A DNA stretch of 64,000 bases, from the NCBI GenBank assembly GCA_004764695.1, contig SMSO01000005.1, forward strand, positions 1,550,001-1,614,000, given 5' to 3'. Below, one piece after another: positions 19,637 to 31,436 of the stretch (position 1 is the first letter of the stretch; every line of letters starts with the position of its first letter). The notes under the pieces are model-generated. The model made no database searches. It saw nothing but the letters and a program-made list of their open reading frames with translations, and had not been told where the DNA came from. The translations under genes were made by a program, and so were the position numbers. This DNA comes from Schizochytrium sp. TIO01 (Eukaryota > Protista > Bigyra: Labyrinthulomycetes).

Positions 19637-20087
19637 TCAATCACTTTTACTTCTCCCATGGCCCTTGCGCAGAAAGTGAAGGCCTGCAAGAATTGCTGCA
19701 CTGGAAAATGCCACCGTTAGTGCAAGCGACGGGAGCATAATCGCATAAATGTGAGGTGGGAAAAGTCTATGGATGGGATGATCTTTTCCAGCAAGAGGCT
19801 ACTTGTTCATCAAAAGAGTTAGTTTGCCAGTTAATTTGCTCTTGTCTTGACCTAATGCTTGATTTAGTCTTGATATCCATTTGAGCATCTATGACACTTG
19901 CTTCCTCTCGCTAGCTTGACAACTCTGAAAGAGAAAAGTCGAGGAGTGGGCCACCGTCACGGTCAACTTATCCAAAGGATCGTGCTCGGACAGAACTTAC
20001 CACAACTAAAGCCCATGTTGCATAGAAGGCAAAGAAAGCTGCAACAGTGAAACCAAGAGCTCGAAACGGCGATGTATGTGCTTCCAT
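19637..20087 (-). CDS. DPM2: Dolichol-phosphate-mannose synthase regulatory subunit DPM2 (82 aa; exons 20087-20001 and 19798-19637)
   Basis: Manual splice gives MEAHTSPFRALGFTVAAFFAFYATWALVV|PLAGKDHPIHRLFPPHIYAIMLPSLALTVAFSSAAILAGLHFLRKGHGRSKSD*. The phase-0 intron 20000-19799 starts GTAAGT and ends TAG. Two transmembrane helices and the FxYxTW...P...HxIH..F.P..YA..LP pattern of DPM2 are present. Confidence 0.88.
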
Positions 20088-21572
20088 CTCTTTTATCCTG
20101 CTGCCAAGAGGGGAGCCCAAGATTAGCGATTGTCTCAAGAAAATCTTTCTACCTACGTTGGTTTCTCCTGAAAAGAGAAAAAAAAAAGAACAAAAACAAA
20201 GAACACTGAAAAATTAGATAGATAGAACGACTATAAAAATTAGCTAGGAACCTGAGCAAAGCCCGGAAAACATTTCCCTCGAATTTGGGTTGACGGCCCT
20301 GTATTTCATGTACTCGAGTGAATAACCTTCATGCCATTTCAAGTCACCATTTGCTTCGGTATACTGTACTATGCATCATGAGCTTTTCTTGACGAAGAAA
20401 TAAATAAGAAGGGGAAAGAAAAATAAAAAAGTAAAAAAGGCCCGTTGAGAAGGTAGAGTAGTAGGTAGGTAACAAGTATAGGGACACCATAATTTACGAT
20501 CCGTTAGACTGGAGGAGCTGGGAGATGAGGGTGGTGGTGATCTCTGCGTTCGCAGTTGGTGAGTATAGATTCTTGAAGGCACACTCAAGCTCATATACCC
20601 AATTAAAGGAAGCTAATAGGGCGGTCGTAGAGCAGGCACACAACTCCTCTATAGGAGGTATGATATTCGAGCTCCATAGTTTTAAAGGTATTGAGCTCTT
20701 CTTTCAACATTAGTTGATTCGTTCCAAAATCATTCTAAAAGAGGCTGGCCTTTGACGTTTTCACTACTACGCTTTCGCACATCATCCGTATCATAGATAA
20801 GCGATAAATGGTAAAATAGGTTACCCATCGGCAAAGTAAAGTGCGTGGCGTTTGTTCACTTTAACTGTATCACGGATCATCATCTACTTACCAGTCGTGA
20901 TTTTGCGTGTGTCTATTGCCTAGTCGCTGTTATTAGTGTTAGGTTAACTTTGCTGTTGGAGTTTCTAGTCCTTGTTGGGGTTGTTGTTATTGCTACTCCT
21001 GTTACGATTGGCACCTGTTAAGTATTGTTGAGAAAGAATAACGAGTAAGCACTGTCTGGTATGATCGCTGGCTAGGCCTTGCAGTCGGCGAGTTGCAAAG
21101 CGAAGCAGGTGAGGGTGACGCGACGCGTACGTGCTTACGTGCGCGCCTCCGTACGTGCCTGCTTGCTGCTTGCACGTTTTGAATGACCACGTGGGCGAGC
21201 CAAGTTTTGCGAGTATAAGAGAGGGTTGAGTAGAATTTCGCAACGAGCGAGCTGGCGTGGGCACAGCTCGCTCTACACAGCGGTCAAAGTACAGGCAGAA
21301 TCTGGCTATTCCTAGCCGTGGTAGTTAATAAAGAGGAGCGATAGCGATACTTACAAACTGCGCATTGCATAGAAAAAAGCGAGCGAGTTTTACTTGCACG
21401 TCTTGTTTTGTTTGGACTTTGAAGTCACGGATTGCTTCTTCTATTATCGTCTGATCTGTAGGATCATTTTGTTTGAAGGTTTGGCACTTATTTACTCATC
21501 AGCAGTATTTGATATTGGTGCGGCAGCTCGCAAACTTGGCTGCACGTGCTAACACATTGCGTGGAGTTAACG

Positions 21573-23249
21573 ATGAATAAGTATGAGGTGCAAGGTATTG
21601 TTGGTGAAGGTGCTTATGGTGTCGTGCTCAAGTGCCGGAACAAAGAAACATCAGAGATAGTTGCAATTAAGAAGTTCAAAGAGGGAGAGGATGACGATAT
21701 CGTTCGGAAAACTACGCTACGCGAGGTGAAAATCTTGCGAATGCTCAAGCATCCAAATATTGTTGATTTGCGTGAAGCTTTCCGACGAAAAGGTAAGCTT
21801 TACCTGGTGTTTGAATATGTACACAATAATTTGCTAGAAGTTCTCGAGGAACGACCAAATGGCCTCGATGAGGAGTTAGTTCGCCGATACATTTTTCAGC
21901 TATGTATGGCAATCTACTGGTGTCACAGTAATAATGTCATTCACCGGGACATTAAGCCTGAGAACCTCTTGGTAAATCGCGATCATTCACTTAAGCTCTG
22001 CGACTTTGGATTTGCGCGGACAATAAAATCATCTACACAAGGATTGACAGACTACGTGTCGACGCGTTGGTATCGTGCTCCGGAGCTTTTGTTAGGTTCG
22101 ACGCATTATGATTGGAGCGTTGACTATTGGTCAATTGGATGCATCATGGGTGAGCTTACGGACGGCCAGCCAATGTATCCCGGCGAAAGTGAGGTAGATC
22201 AGCTTTACATTATCCAGAGGATTCTCGGGCCGTTGACATCGGAACAAAATGATTTGTTCTTGCACAATCCTCGCTTTGCCGGTCTCAAGTTTCCGTCAAT
22301 GTCGAATCCTGAGACCCTGCAACGCAAGTACATGGGAAAGCTTGGCAAACATGCAATGAATTTCCTAACAAGTTTAATGCGCATGGATCCTAGAGATCGC
22401 TTGCAGGGACGGGCAGCTTTGGAGCACCCATATTTTGATGGACTTAAGGATGATTATGAAGAAATGTATAGCATGTTAGGTTTGGATTCCGCAAGAGCAG
22501 ATCCGCCTCATGCAACCTCAGGCGAGAGGCCTTCCACAGGTGGTGCAAGAGGCGAGTTGCGCTCTCGTGGCAGGCGAACTCGCGAACCAAGGCGCAAAGA
22601 ACGTTCAGAGCGCCGCTCAACAAAACGGCAAGAAAAGAACGCTACCAGCAATGGTCAACATCATTCTACAATTCCTCATAATCCAGCAGCGTCTATGTCG
22701 CAGGTGCAACCGCAGCACTGTATGATTGAAGAGAAAGACTATGAATCAAATCCAGTTCTATCAGGTCGGGGAAGTGCTTGTGATAGCCAAGGCCGTAAGC
22801 GCGATTCTCGTTCGAGGAGATCCCATCGAGGCGAATCTGCGGGTTCTCAAAGCTCGCTGGGCGCTGCCGATCTTGGTGATCGACGAATGCATGATCGACG
22901 CCGGGATTCGGCTAATGGACCTCACTACAACGGAGCAGGGGCACCACCAACCAATGTAAATGGTAGCGGAGGAGGGAATATGTCAGGTCGGAGGTCAAAG
23001 AAGAAGCAACGCGCTGAAATAGGGTTTGATCATGAGGAATTGCCTCATCAATCGATGGCCCATGGCAATTCACAACCACATCAATTCTCAGATTTCACTG
23101 CTCCGACCGAAAGATACCTGCCTCAATTGCAATCCTCTAGAATAGCGCACGAATCCAAAGTTGAGGTTCCATTTGGAAAACTCAATATGCATGTTCATGG
23201 TGGCCCACGCGGAAGTGATGGAATGCCCTCTTTTTATCGTCATAAATGA
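21573..23249 (+). CDS. CDKL5: CDKL5/LF5-like cyclin-dependent kinase-like protein kinase
   Basis: MNKYEV.GIVGEGAYGVVLKCR.KET.EIVAIKKFK, KTTLREVKILR, HRDIKPEN, DFG, TDY activation loop, PGESEVDQL and NPRFAGLKFP, followed by a long disordered tail. ATG at 21573. Confidence 0.9.
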   Translation: MNKYEVQGIVGEGAYGVVLKCRNKETSEIVAIKKFKEGEDDDIVRKTTLREVKILRMLKHPNIVDLREAFRRKGKLYLVFEYVHNNLLEVLEERPNGLDEELVRRYIFQLCMAIYWCHSNNVIHRDIKPENLLVNRDHSLKLCDFGFARTIKSSTQGLTDYVSTRWYRAPELLLGSTHYDWSVDYWSIGCIMGELTDGQPMYPGESEVDQLYIIQRILGPLTSEQNDLFLHNPRFAGLKFPSMSNPETLQRKYMGKLGKHAMNFLTSLMRMDPRDRLQGRAALEHPYFDGLKDDYEEMYSMLGLDSARADPPHATSGERPSTGGARGELRSRGRRTREPRRKERSERRSTKRQEKNATSNGQHHSTIPHNPAASMSQVQPQHCMIEEKDYESNPVLSGRGSACDSQGRKRDSRSRRSHRGESAGSQSSLGAADLGDRRMHDRRRDSANGPHYNGAGAPPTNVNGSGGGNMSGRRSKKKQRAEIGFDHEELPHQSMAHGNSQPHQFSDFTAPTERYLPQLQSSRIAHESKVEVPFGKLNMHVHGGPRGSDGMPSFYRHK

Positions 23250-26014
23250 ATCATTAATTCTGTCTTTCTGATAGCCGTGCTTCGTACGAACCTTTGTGTT
23301 TTCTATTTTTCTTGGGATGATTAATACAATCGGCCAAGCCTTGTAATAATTGTAGACAAACTTTCAGGTATCGCGGCGGATTTGTTTGATATTTACAACG
23401 GCGAAGCAGGTAACAAACTACAATCTGTTCAGCACAATCCTGGTGATTACCAATGTAGTCTGTTTTCTGCTACGATTAAATATAACTCATATCTGACTTT
23501 TGTAAACACACCTTCCTGAGTGTTTGACAAATGAAAATCAAGATATTGATAGAACCATGAGACAAGACGTACTCGTCTATTTGTAAGTACCGAAGCCATA
23601 CTAATTGTTAAAAATGTAACCAGGTGACGTTGGGAAGTGCAATTTTTCTAACTTTAGGAGAAGAACGCTTTGAGTTTCTTGTTTCGTGGAAGCATAGCAA
23701 ATGCTAATTTCCTACGAGGATCGTGGCAGTCTGACATCTAAAAGCAGCAAATTTATGATTGCGTTGACTTTTGTAAACAATTCGCTCAGACATTGAAGGG
23801 CACGTATTCTTTGCGATCTGGGCAACCAAGACGACGGTCGCGAGTTTATTATGCGTATGCCGGATACAACCAACAACTAATAATGCGGTTTAAGGCTTAA
23901 TAGCGCGGGTGTGAAAGAAGTGTGCGTGCGCACACATCTCTCTCTCTCTCTCTCTCTCCATTCCTCCATCTTGAGCGCGTTTTGACCAAATAGGTATAAT
24001 TCCAACGAAGCAATCAAGCGGTTTCAGGACCACCATCAGGCTCACTTGAGCCAGTAGCCCATCATTTCCACCCCCAAGTTAAATCTATTAAATCTATTTT
24101 CCGATGTTCAATCCTCTATATAATTTCTGTGCTCCCTTGTAATGTCTTTCTTTCGATGATCTACTCTTCTTAAATCAAAAAGTGGTTTCTCATATCGTAA
24201 CTGCGTTTCGAAAGATGTTTGTTTGCGGAGTTTCAGATCCCATTAACAATTTAAGGGTTCCGCTTGCGCTATTTCTTGATCTGCCTATCATAAAACGACT
24301 ACTTCCGGAAGCACGCCAACGTCGAGCGCGTGTACCTCGTTCACAATTTAGGCGTGTTTGTTGCCCGACTTCATATCGTTTTCAGAACTTTGCGCACGCC
24401 AGATCATCTTCCAATGGGGGGGCTATGTACAAGTGTTATCTCTTTCGAAATAAATACGCCATGTATTTTTCATTTAATCAGCATCAATTTAGGCTCATAG
24501 ACTCGCAAAATACCCTTGTCTGAGATGGACGTATGCCCTTTTTTTGTTCATGTCACAGAAACGGTAGATACCTCTAGCTAGGTATGCATGCACCTAGAGC
24601 TTTAGTCTTGAAGGTGCCACAATTGTTTCCATCGAATCATTGAATACTCACTAGAGCTCTTATCGAGGAGGGACTCTTCAGGCTACGAGTAATGCTTCAA
24701 GTATGGCGTGTGCCGAAGTTAAACAACTGGGAACGATCAATCAATCGGGAACGATCAATCAATCAAAGTTTCCAATTTATAAATTGGAATACTTATACAA
24801 GAAATACTTTCACGCTCACGATAATTGCCTTTATTTCAATTATCACGGTCGCGAGAACCGTTAAAAGGTGGAACATCGCGAATCGCAGCACCATAACCCT
24901 TTAAGTGGCAGGAGTTCACAGCAGGTTTTGGTCACACATCGCGATTTCATAAACAATAAAACCACATAGTAAACATTTGCAGGTTACCAAAAAAAATTAA
25001 AAAAATATATCTTGCCCCTTACTACGCACCTATGTTGGTAAGCACTGGAGCAGTAGCATAAAGTTATTCGTCAATTCATCAAAGAAGTGGTACTTTCAAG
25101 CTTGTTGATGCCCAGACGGCACGCGGAGAAAGATATTTTCTAAAAGTGCAAACTGCTCAGCAGTCGAAATCAACATTAGAGGGATCACATCACCGTTTTA
25201 TTATTTCTTTTAATTAAAAATAAATCAGAATAAAATAAGAAGAATAAGATAAGAAGGGCATGTATAAAAATTTGGTTTTTACTCTCCCCCCCCCCCCCTT
25301 TTTTTTTAATTGTAAAAAGAATAACTTTGAAAAAACATTTTTATTTGTTTTATTTTTATTACATATATTCTAATCTCTAACGAAGCTGTCTTTGGGAACT
25401 TTTGTAAACAACATGCGTACTTCTTCTTCTCGTCCGAGATTCTTCCACTTCAAGACTTCAAGACATTCGACCATTTTGCCCTAAACTCGGCGCGAGTTAT
25501 AGCTTTCGGGTTTTAACACCATTCCTTGCGTTCAAGTCGTTTTCGTAGCGCCCTAAACCACCGGACCCTCTCAGTCATTGCTACAGCTACCTACAACAGA
25601 CAGCTCATCCATCTAAACAAGTCCCTCCTAGAACATATCCCATGCCTTCTCTAGCAGCAGCTTCACAGAAAGACTGACACGACCCGTTCAAGTTTGCAAA
25701 CCTTTGTGTGTCGCCTGAAAGCCATCGAGTCATTCGACCGAGTGTAGAATGTTGGATACGATGTTCTTGTAGAACTCCATCCTACATGAGAATGTACTTG
25801 GCCACTTTGGCCACGTTCAACTGCACACTCGGGTCTCTCTCCGCTTGCACTCTCGCTCAAATTGCACGTTTATCAATACGTGAGTGAGTGATTGCTCAAC
25901 TTGCGCAGCGCCTGCTGCCGCTAGCTAGCTGGTTAGGCACCTACACCATGGCACTTGGCAGCTGCTGGACTTTTTCAAGTGTCAACGCACTTTGCGACAC
26001 TTACAACGACCTAC

Positions 26015-26065
26015 GAAGAAGAAGAAGAAGAAGAAGAAGAAGAAGAAGAAGAAGAAGAAGAAGAA
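26015..26065 (+). repeat. (GAA)17 microsatellite
   Basis: Read directly. Confidence 0.95.
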
Positions 26066-26379
26066 GGAGAAGGAGCCGCACGTGCAGGGCAGCACACTGT
26101 TGTCATTCAAGGTCTGTGTTGCTTCGAGCGAAGACTGAGAACCTCAGGTGGATGGAGTGCTCCCAGCAGCAACGGAATCTCAAGAGTCTTGAGGCCATCA
26201 CTTCATGAGCTTTACACAACTTCAAATCTGAGAGTGCGTGCGTCGCAACGTTGGGTAACGATTATGGCGAACCCCATCGAATGAACTACTCGTGGTTTGT
26301 TGGGATTGTGAATGAATGACAGCGCGTGCATTGAATTGCATGCTCCTAGTAAGGTAAACTCACGAATCTGCCAACGTGG

Positions 26380-26660
26380 GGGTTTTCATGCCAGTGGACA
26401 GCTTGCACTGCACGAGAGTGATTGTGGCTAGAATGATGTCCTTCGTCAGCTGGCAGTGGGTGACTTTGGTCTAGGAACCTTCCATTGCGAGATGAGCAGC
26501 ATGGCCAAAATGAAACATGTTGTTGTTGAAGTAGGTACTTTCAATAGCTTCAAGGAAAAGGGTACAACGATGATCTCTTCGTTTAGTGATTCTCTTGCGC
26601 TCCAACAAATCAAGCACAATAAAATCAAGTGTCATTGATGCTAACCACGACGGTGGTTGA
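26380..26660 (-). pseudogene. Possible decayed class I cyclic-nucleotide phosphodiesterase fragment
   Basis: A minus-strand frame reads LDLLERKRITKRRDHRCTLFLEAIESTYFNNNMFHFGHAAHLAMEGS*TKVTHCQLTKDIILATI. This resembles the PDE motif FLxxIExxY..NPYHNxxHAADV and is interrupted by in-frame stops. Confidence 0.3.
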
Positions 26661-29093
26661 ATTGCATATTTTTGTAGATGGAATTCCGAATGGTGATCGT
26701 GATTATTGCTATTGCCATTGAGCCTTCAAGGCTTCGTGCTGACCATCAAGTTTGTCCATTGTAATCAATCTTGCGTAAAACCCCCTCAAAGGTGTCTCCT
26801 CTAGATGTCCACCTTTGCTACGCAACTTAAACTTCTACACTCTCCCGTCTCTGTCAAGTTTGTCTAACTTTCGAGATCTCCTTTGAGGGGTATCTTGCAA
26901 ACTTTATCGTAATTATTTTCTCCACATGTGCAAACCTTTAGTGACGGTACTGCCTCTTCCTCTCGTGTGCACCCTGCGATACGCTGGCTCTGGGGTATAT
27001 AGAACTCTTTGACTGTGTCTCCTCCTATAGTGTGAATTCACGGGGTGTGTGCTCCGCACTCCTCTGCCCACACCGGTGAGTACCGCCTTTATGTGAGGGG
27101 CGAGATTTCAGTGGGAGCAGTCGCAGTGGAGGCCAGCACGTGCTGATCAAAGACACCTGTTGTGCAGCAGAATCATGATATTCGTGAATCATGAGTCATG
27201 ATTCATACATCATCAACCACACCACCGTGCTGTGAGGTTTGCTCGCCATAGCTGATGCTGACCACTGCTGTTAGTTTGCAAAGTCTAGACTCCTAGAGCT
27301 AAGCCACGTACTTTCTTTCTTCCGCAGTCTAGGTTAGTAGTACCTGTGGCGTGGCATTCTTCGTGTGCAAAGTACGAGATTCGCGACAGCTCGTGCTTTT
27401 CGATGACCTGAACGGGGTACTTCCGTGCAAATCGCTCCAGCGTTCAGTTTCATAGAACAACATCACAGCGAAGAAGGATGGTATTTATGGATGATCGATA
27501 CATCTCCACCCTGATCTTCTGTTTCATCAGAATCGCAACCGAGCTCTTTTGGTCTTTGACTTTTGCTCTATCAAGATAGTTGCATCATTTTTAGCTTAAA
27601 AGTTATTTTTTAAATTTATATAACCTATTTGCAATATATATATATATATAAGAAGGAAAGAAGGTAAGTAAAAAGGTCATTCTTACATTTGGTTAAAAAA
27701 ACAAATTATAAAAAATCACACGCGCGCGATATCCATTCTTCTCGCACGCAGTTCCTCCTTCGCCTTCATTGCTCTCAGGCCGCGCCGCCGAGGGAGCGTT
27801 ATTGCTGCATACTGCGTCCTCGTCAGGTCAGCAGCCTCAAGCCGCAGCCCAAAGTTCTAGATGCAAGAAACGCTGGAATGCAGTCGGTCGCACAGCAAAT
27901 CCTAAAACTGGAAAGCCAACGTTTACATTTAGTGGCGAGATGAAGTTTTAATCAAAAAATATAAAAATAGATTTAAAAAAACTAATCTAATTTGCTTTAT
28001 AAAACCAACACAAGAAAAAGAAAAAAAAACGAGAGTAAATTTAGAAACGAAGAAGTTGATTCTTTTCACTTCCCTCTTGTGCAAAAGTCAAAGCAGGTGC
28101 CTACCTACAATGTAGACGCCATAAATCGTCTACTGGCAGCATGCTGGCAATGCGGCGAGGAAGACCTCCACATGAAAGAGGATCCCTCGCTCCGGAGGTG
28201 CTTCCTCCATGATGAGCGATTTCTTGTCCATCAAAACTAACTAATCGCTAAAGAATCTCACCTTTTAATTCCACTTTACGTGAAAGAACCGCATATTACG
28301 CTTAATTGGGTCAACTTTCATGCTACCAAAAGCAGGTTAAAAGTCCACTTAAAAGGGCTTTAAAAGTTTTTCAATGAAGGTAATATGGCATTTGAAAGGG
28401 TCTTTTAATTAAAAGGCCGTCAAAGAGCCTTAAAAGAAAGGGAGTGAGCACGAGAGAGCACGTTGTTGAGACAGCAAACCCGCTCGAACCGCGCCTGCTC
28501 GCTCGCTCGCTAGCGCCAGGAGCCACACGCGAGCACCGTTCCGTAGGACCGAAGACGCCGCCGGTTTCTGAAGAGTAAGGGAGCTCAGGGAGCGCCCCCT
28601 TGCTACGCCCACGTCACGTGCAAGTAATTTGCACAGCCACCTGCCTGCGTCCATTTCCACAAACTCGGCTTTCACACAAAGTTTTCTCTTTCTCTCTTTA
28701 TACACCTTTCTCCACGTCGTGTCTATTATATTAATTTATATACACACACCGAATAGACTCACGGACCTGATCAGGCGATCAATCAATCAATCAATCAATC
28801 AATCAGTCAATCAACCAACCAACACTCACTCACTCACCCGCTTGCTTGCTTGCTCACCAGGATAGTCGAGGGTTCTGGCGGCGAATAGCCTCCACAAGAT
28901 CACCTGGTGGAGGTCTTCGTAACTGGTCTGACTGAGAGAATACGCTTGGGTATTCATCGTTGGACGAGTTCTACTACAGAAGCGGTCATCGTGGAGGAGC
29001 CCGTGCACGTGCTGCAGGTGTTCATAAACTTGGTGCAGATTACAGGACTTCTGGACATATATAAACAAAGTTCTTTCCGAGTAGGTTGACAAA

Positions 29094-31436
29094 ATGTCGA
29101 CCAAAGCACGCCGTATCGGCGGCGACTGGGTCGAGAGCACCGACCCTAACACCGGCAAGGTGTACTTCGCCAACCTCAAGACGCGAGAGACATCTTGGAC
29201 TATGCCCGAAGAGGTGAAAAGGTTTCAGGAGGAGTCTGTGGCTCGCCAGAAAGCAGCTGCTGCTCGGGCTGCTGCTTCGGATAACAGTCCTTCAGGAGGC
29301 ACAGCTGGCGCAGATGAGGATACATGGCTTGAACGCATCGACCCTCGGAGTGGCAGAAAGTACTACTACAATCCGCATTTGAAACAAACCAGCTGGACTA
29401 AACCGGACCAGGCCATCTCTGCCAGCGCCAATGAGGGTAAGGGTGCTTGGGTACCTCGTATTGACCCGCGTACAAACCGCACGTACTATTATAACCAGGT
29501 CACACGAATGACTTCATGGGTGAACCCTGATGATGATGGGTCCCAGAAGGAGAAACCCCGAACCACTGCAAGCTCAATGGTTAAACGAATCTCCCAAAGG
29601 CTCTCTGCGCAGCCCGATGCTGACGAAGAACCTGCCTTTCATGGCGCAGGTCCTGCTCCGCCTACGAATCGCACCAGCGCTCGAACCTCCGTGCGCATGG
29701 GTGATATTGGCGCCCCCAAGGCTGGAAGTCGTCTTTCCATGGCTGATGTTGCTCGTCTGAAGGAAGCCGAGGCAATGGCTGCGCGTGCCGCCGCGGGCGA
29801 AGAGCCTCTGCCTGTACAAGAGGAGGAGCCAAGTGTTTCTGTCGCTGACCGCTTTGCAAAACTTCGTGCCCTTCGTGAACGTACAAACCATGACGTTGAG
29901 CCGGATGAAGATGAGCCGCAGGCCAAGCAGATTGACTTAGAAGATCTTGCAGCTTCTGCTGTCGCAGAGGTTACCTATGATCTTAACATGGCAAACTATG
30001 CTGAGCAATACTTTAAGTTGACTAAGCGTGGTTTTGCGTCCAAAAAGACCGTCTCTCTGGACAAGCTTCTTACTTGGAAGGGCGAAAAGCTCAAGACTTC
30101 GTTGCACCCGCTCTCGGATCCAGCACTCGTGCATGACGCAGTGCTTGCTTTCACTAATATTCTTTGCTATATGGGCGACAAGCCGAGCCGTAACCCAATG
30201 GCTAACGCTGAAAAGATCTTTAAGGTCACTGTCGGTGCCCCTGAAGAACTTTTGGATGAGGTCTACTGCCAGCTGTTCAAGCAGACCAACGAAAACCCTG
30301 ACGCTACAAGCTGCCTGCGTGGTTGGGAATTGATGGCTTTGTGCGCAGGCCTTTTCCCGCCCTCAAGCAAACTTGAAAAGTACCTCCTGTCTTACATTCG
30401 CCAGACTGTTGAGAATCAGCCTTACCCTGGCGTTGACAAGATGGCCGAGTACACTTTGCTTCGCATCGTCAAGTCCCTAGAGCTAGGCGCCCGCTCTGAG
30501 TCACCAACCGAAATGGAGGTTGCTGCGGTACGCGAGATTTCACCGGTTTCTCTTCGCATCAATCTGCTTGATGGTCGCATTCTTCACATTGATGCCGAGT
30601 CTTGGAGTACGGTTGCAGACATTAATGAAACTGTATCTACACAGCTTAAGATCATCGATCCCACACCCTTTTCTCTTTTCGAGATTAACACTAATGACGA
30701 AGAGCGTGGACTGGACGATGAAGATCGCTTGCTCGATGTGATCTCGTACTGGGACCGTGAGCGCAAGCGGCTACGCCGCAACCCTCCAACCTTTCAATTC
30801 GTCTTTAAGGTACGCTTCTTTTTTGATATTAAGGAAGATGATGAAGCAGCGATTGAGGTGGCTTATCACCAGGCAGTCCATGATGTTACTGACTCTCGCT
30901 ACCCATGCTCTGAGGAAGATGCCTTTCGTCTTGCCGCCCTAATGGCTCAGGAGCGTTTTGGTGATTTTGTGGATGATGACGTTGATCACTTTGGTACTGA
31001 GTTGCAAGCTTTCTTGCCCGGAAAGTACTACCATCCGTCGATTGAGGTAAACCTTAAGGATGAGATCAGAAAGATTTGGCAACTTCTCAAGGGCTATGAT
31101 TCCCAAGAGGCTATGTGCAACTATCTCGACTATGTTAAGTCGTGGAAGATGTATGGTTCTGCCTTTTACTTTGTTGAGCCTCAGCAGCGTGACTTCCCTC
31201 CCGATGCGGTCTTGGCAGTCAACTCGAAGGGTATATTGCTTATTGATCCTCAGACCCGCGATATTATCTCAGATTGGCCTTATTCCGAGGTTGTTACCTG
31301 GGGTCATTCGAGCATCACCTTTGTGCTCGTTGCTGGTAACTTAATCCGATCACAGAAGTATTACTTCAAGTGCAGCGTTGGCAACGAGATCAACACTCTT
31401 GTACATGCTTACGTCAACCGCCTTGCGGACGAGTAA
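29094..31436 (+). CDS. WW(x3)-MyTH4-FERM domain protein, 780 aa
   Basis: Three WW domains (W..DP.[T/S]G..Y[Y/F].N..T..TSW..P). MyTH4 motifs: ILCYMGD, DEVYCQLFKQTNENP, GWELMALCAGLFPPS, R...PT..E. FERM motifs: INLLDG, FVFKVRFFF, YHQAVHDV...YP, MYGSAFY, LAVNSKGILLID. Confidence 0.9.
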   Translation: MSTKARRIGGDWVESTDPNTGKVYFANLKTRETSWTMPEEVKRFQEESVARQKAAAARAAASDNSPSGGTAGADEDTWLERIDPRSGRKYYYNPHLKQTSWTKPDQAISASANEGKGAWVPRIDPRTNRTYYYNQVTRMTSWVNPDDDGSQKEKPRTTASSMVKRISQRLSAQPDADEEPAFHGAGPAPPTNRTSARTSVRMGDIGAPKAGSRLSMADVARLKEAEAMAARAAAGEEPLPVQEEEPSVSVADRFAKLRALRERTNHDVEPDEDEPQAKQIDLEDLAASAVAEVTYDLNMANYAEQYFKLTKRGFASKKTVSLDKLLTWKGEKLKTSLHPLSDPALVHDAVLAFTNILCYMGDKPSRNPMANAEKIFKVTVGAPEELLDEVYCQLFKQTNENPDATSCLRGWELMALCAGLFPPSSKLEKYLLSYIRQTVENQPYPGVDKMAEYTLLRIVKSLELGARSESPTEMEVAAVREISPVSLRINLLDGRILHIDAESWSTVADINETVSTQLKIIDPTPFSLFEINTNDEERGLDDEDRLLDVISYWDRERKRLRRNPPTFQFVFKVRFFFDIKEDDEAAIEVAYHQAVHDVTDSRYPCSEEDAFRLAALMAQERFGDFVDDDVDHFGTELQAFLPGKYYHPSIEVNLKDEIRKIWQLLKGYDSQEAMCNYLDYVKSWKMYGSAFYFVEPQQRDFPPDAVLAVNSKGILLIDPQTRDIISDWPYSEVVTWGHSSITFVLVAGNLIRSQKYYFKCSVGNEINTLVHAYVNRLADE

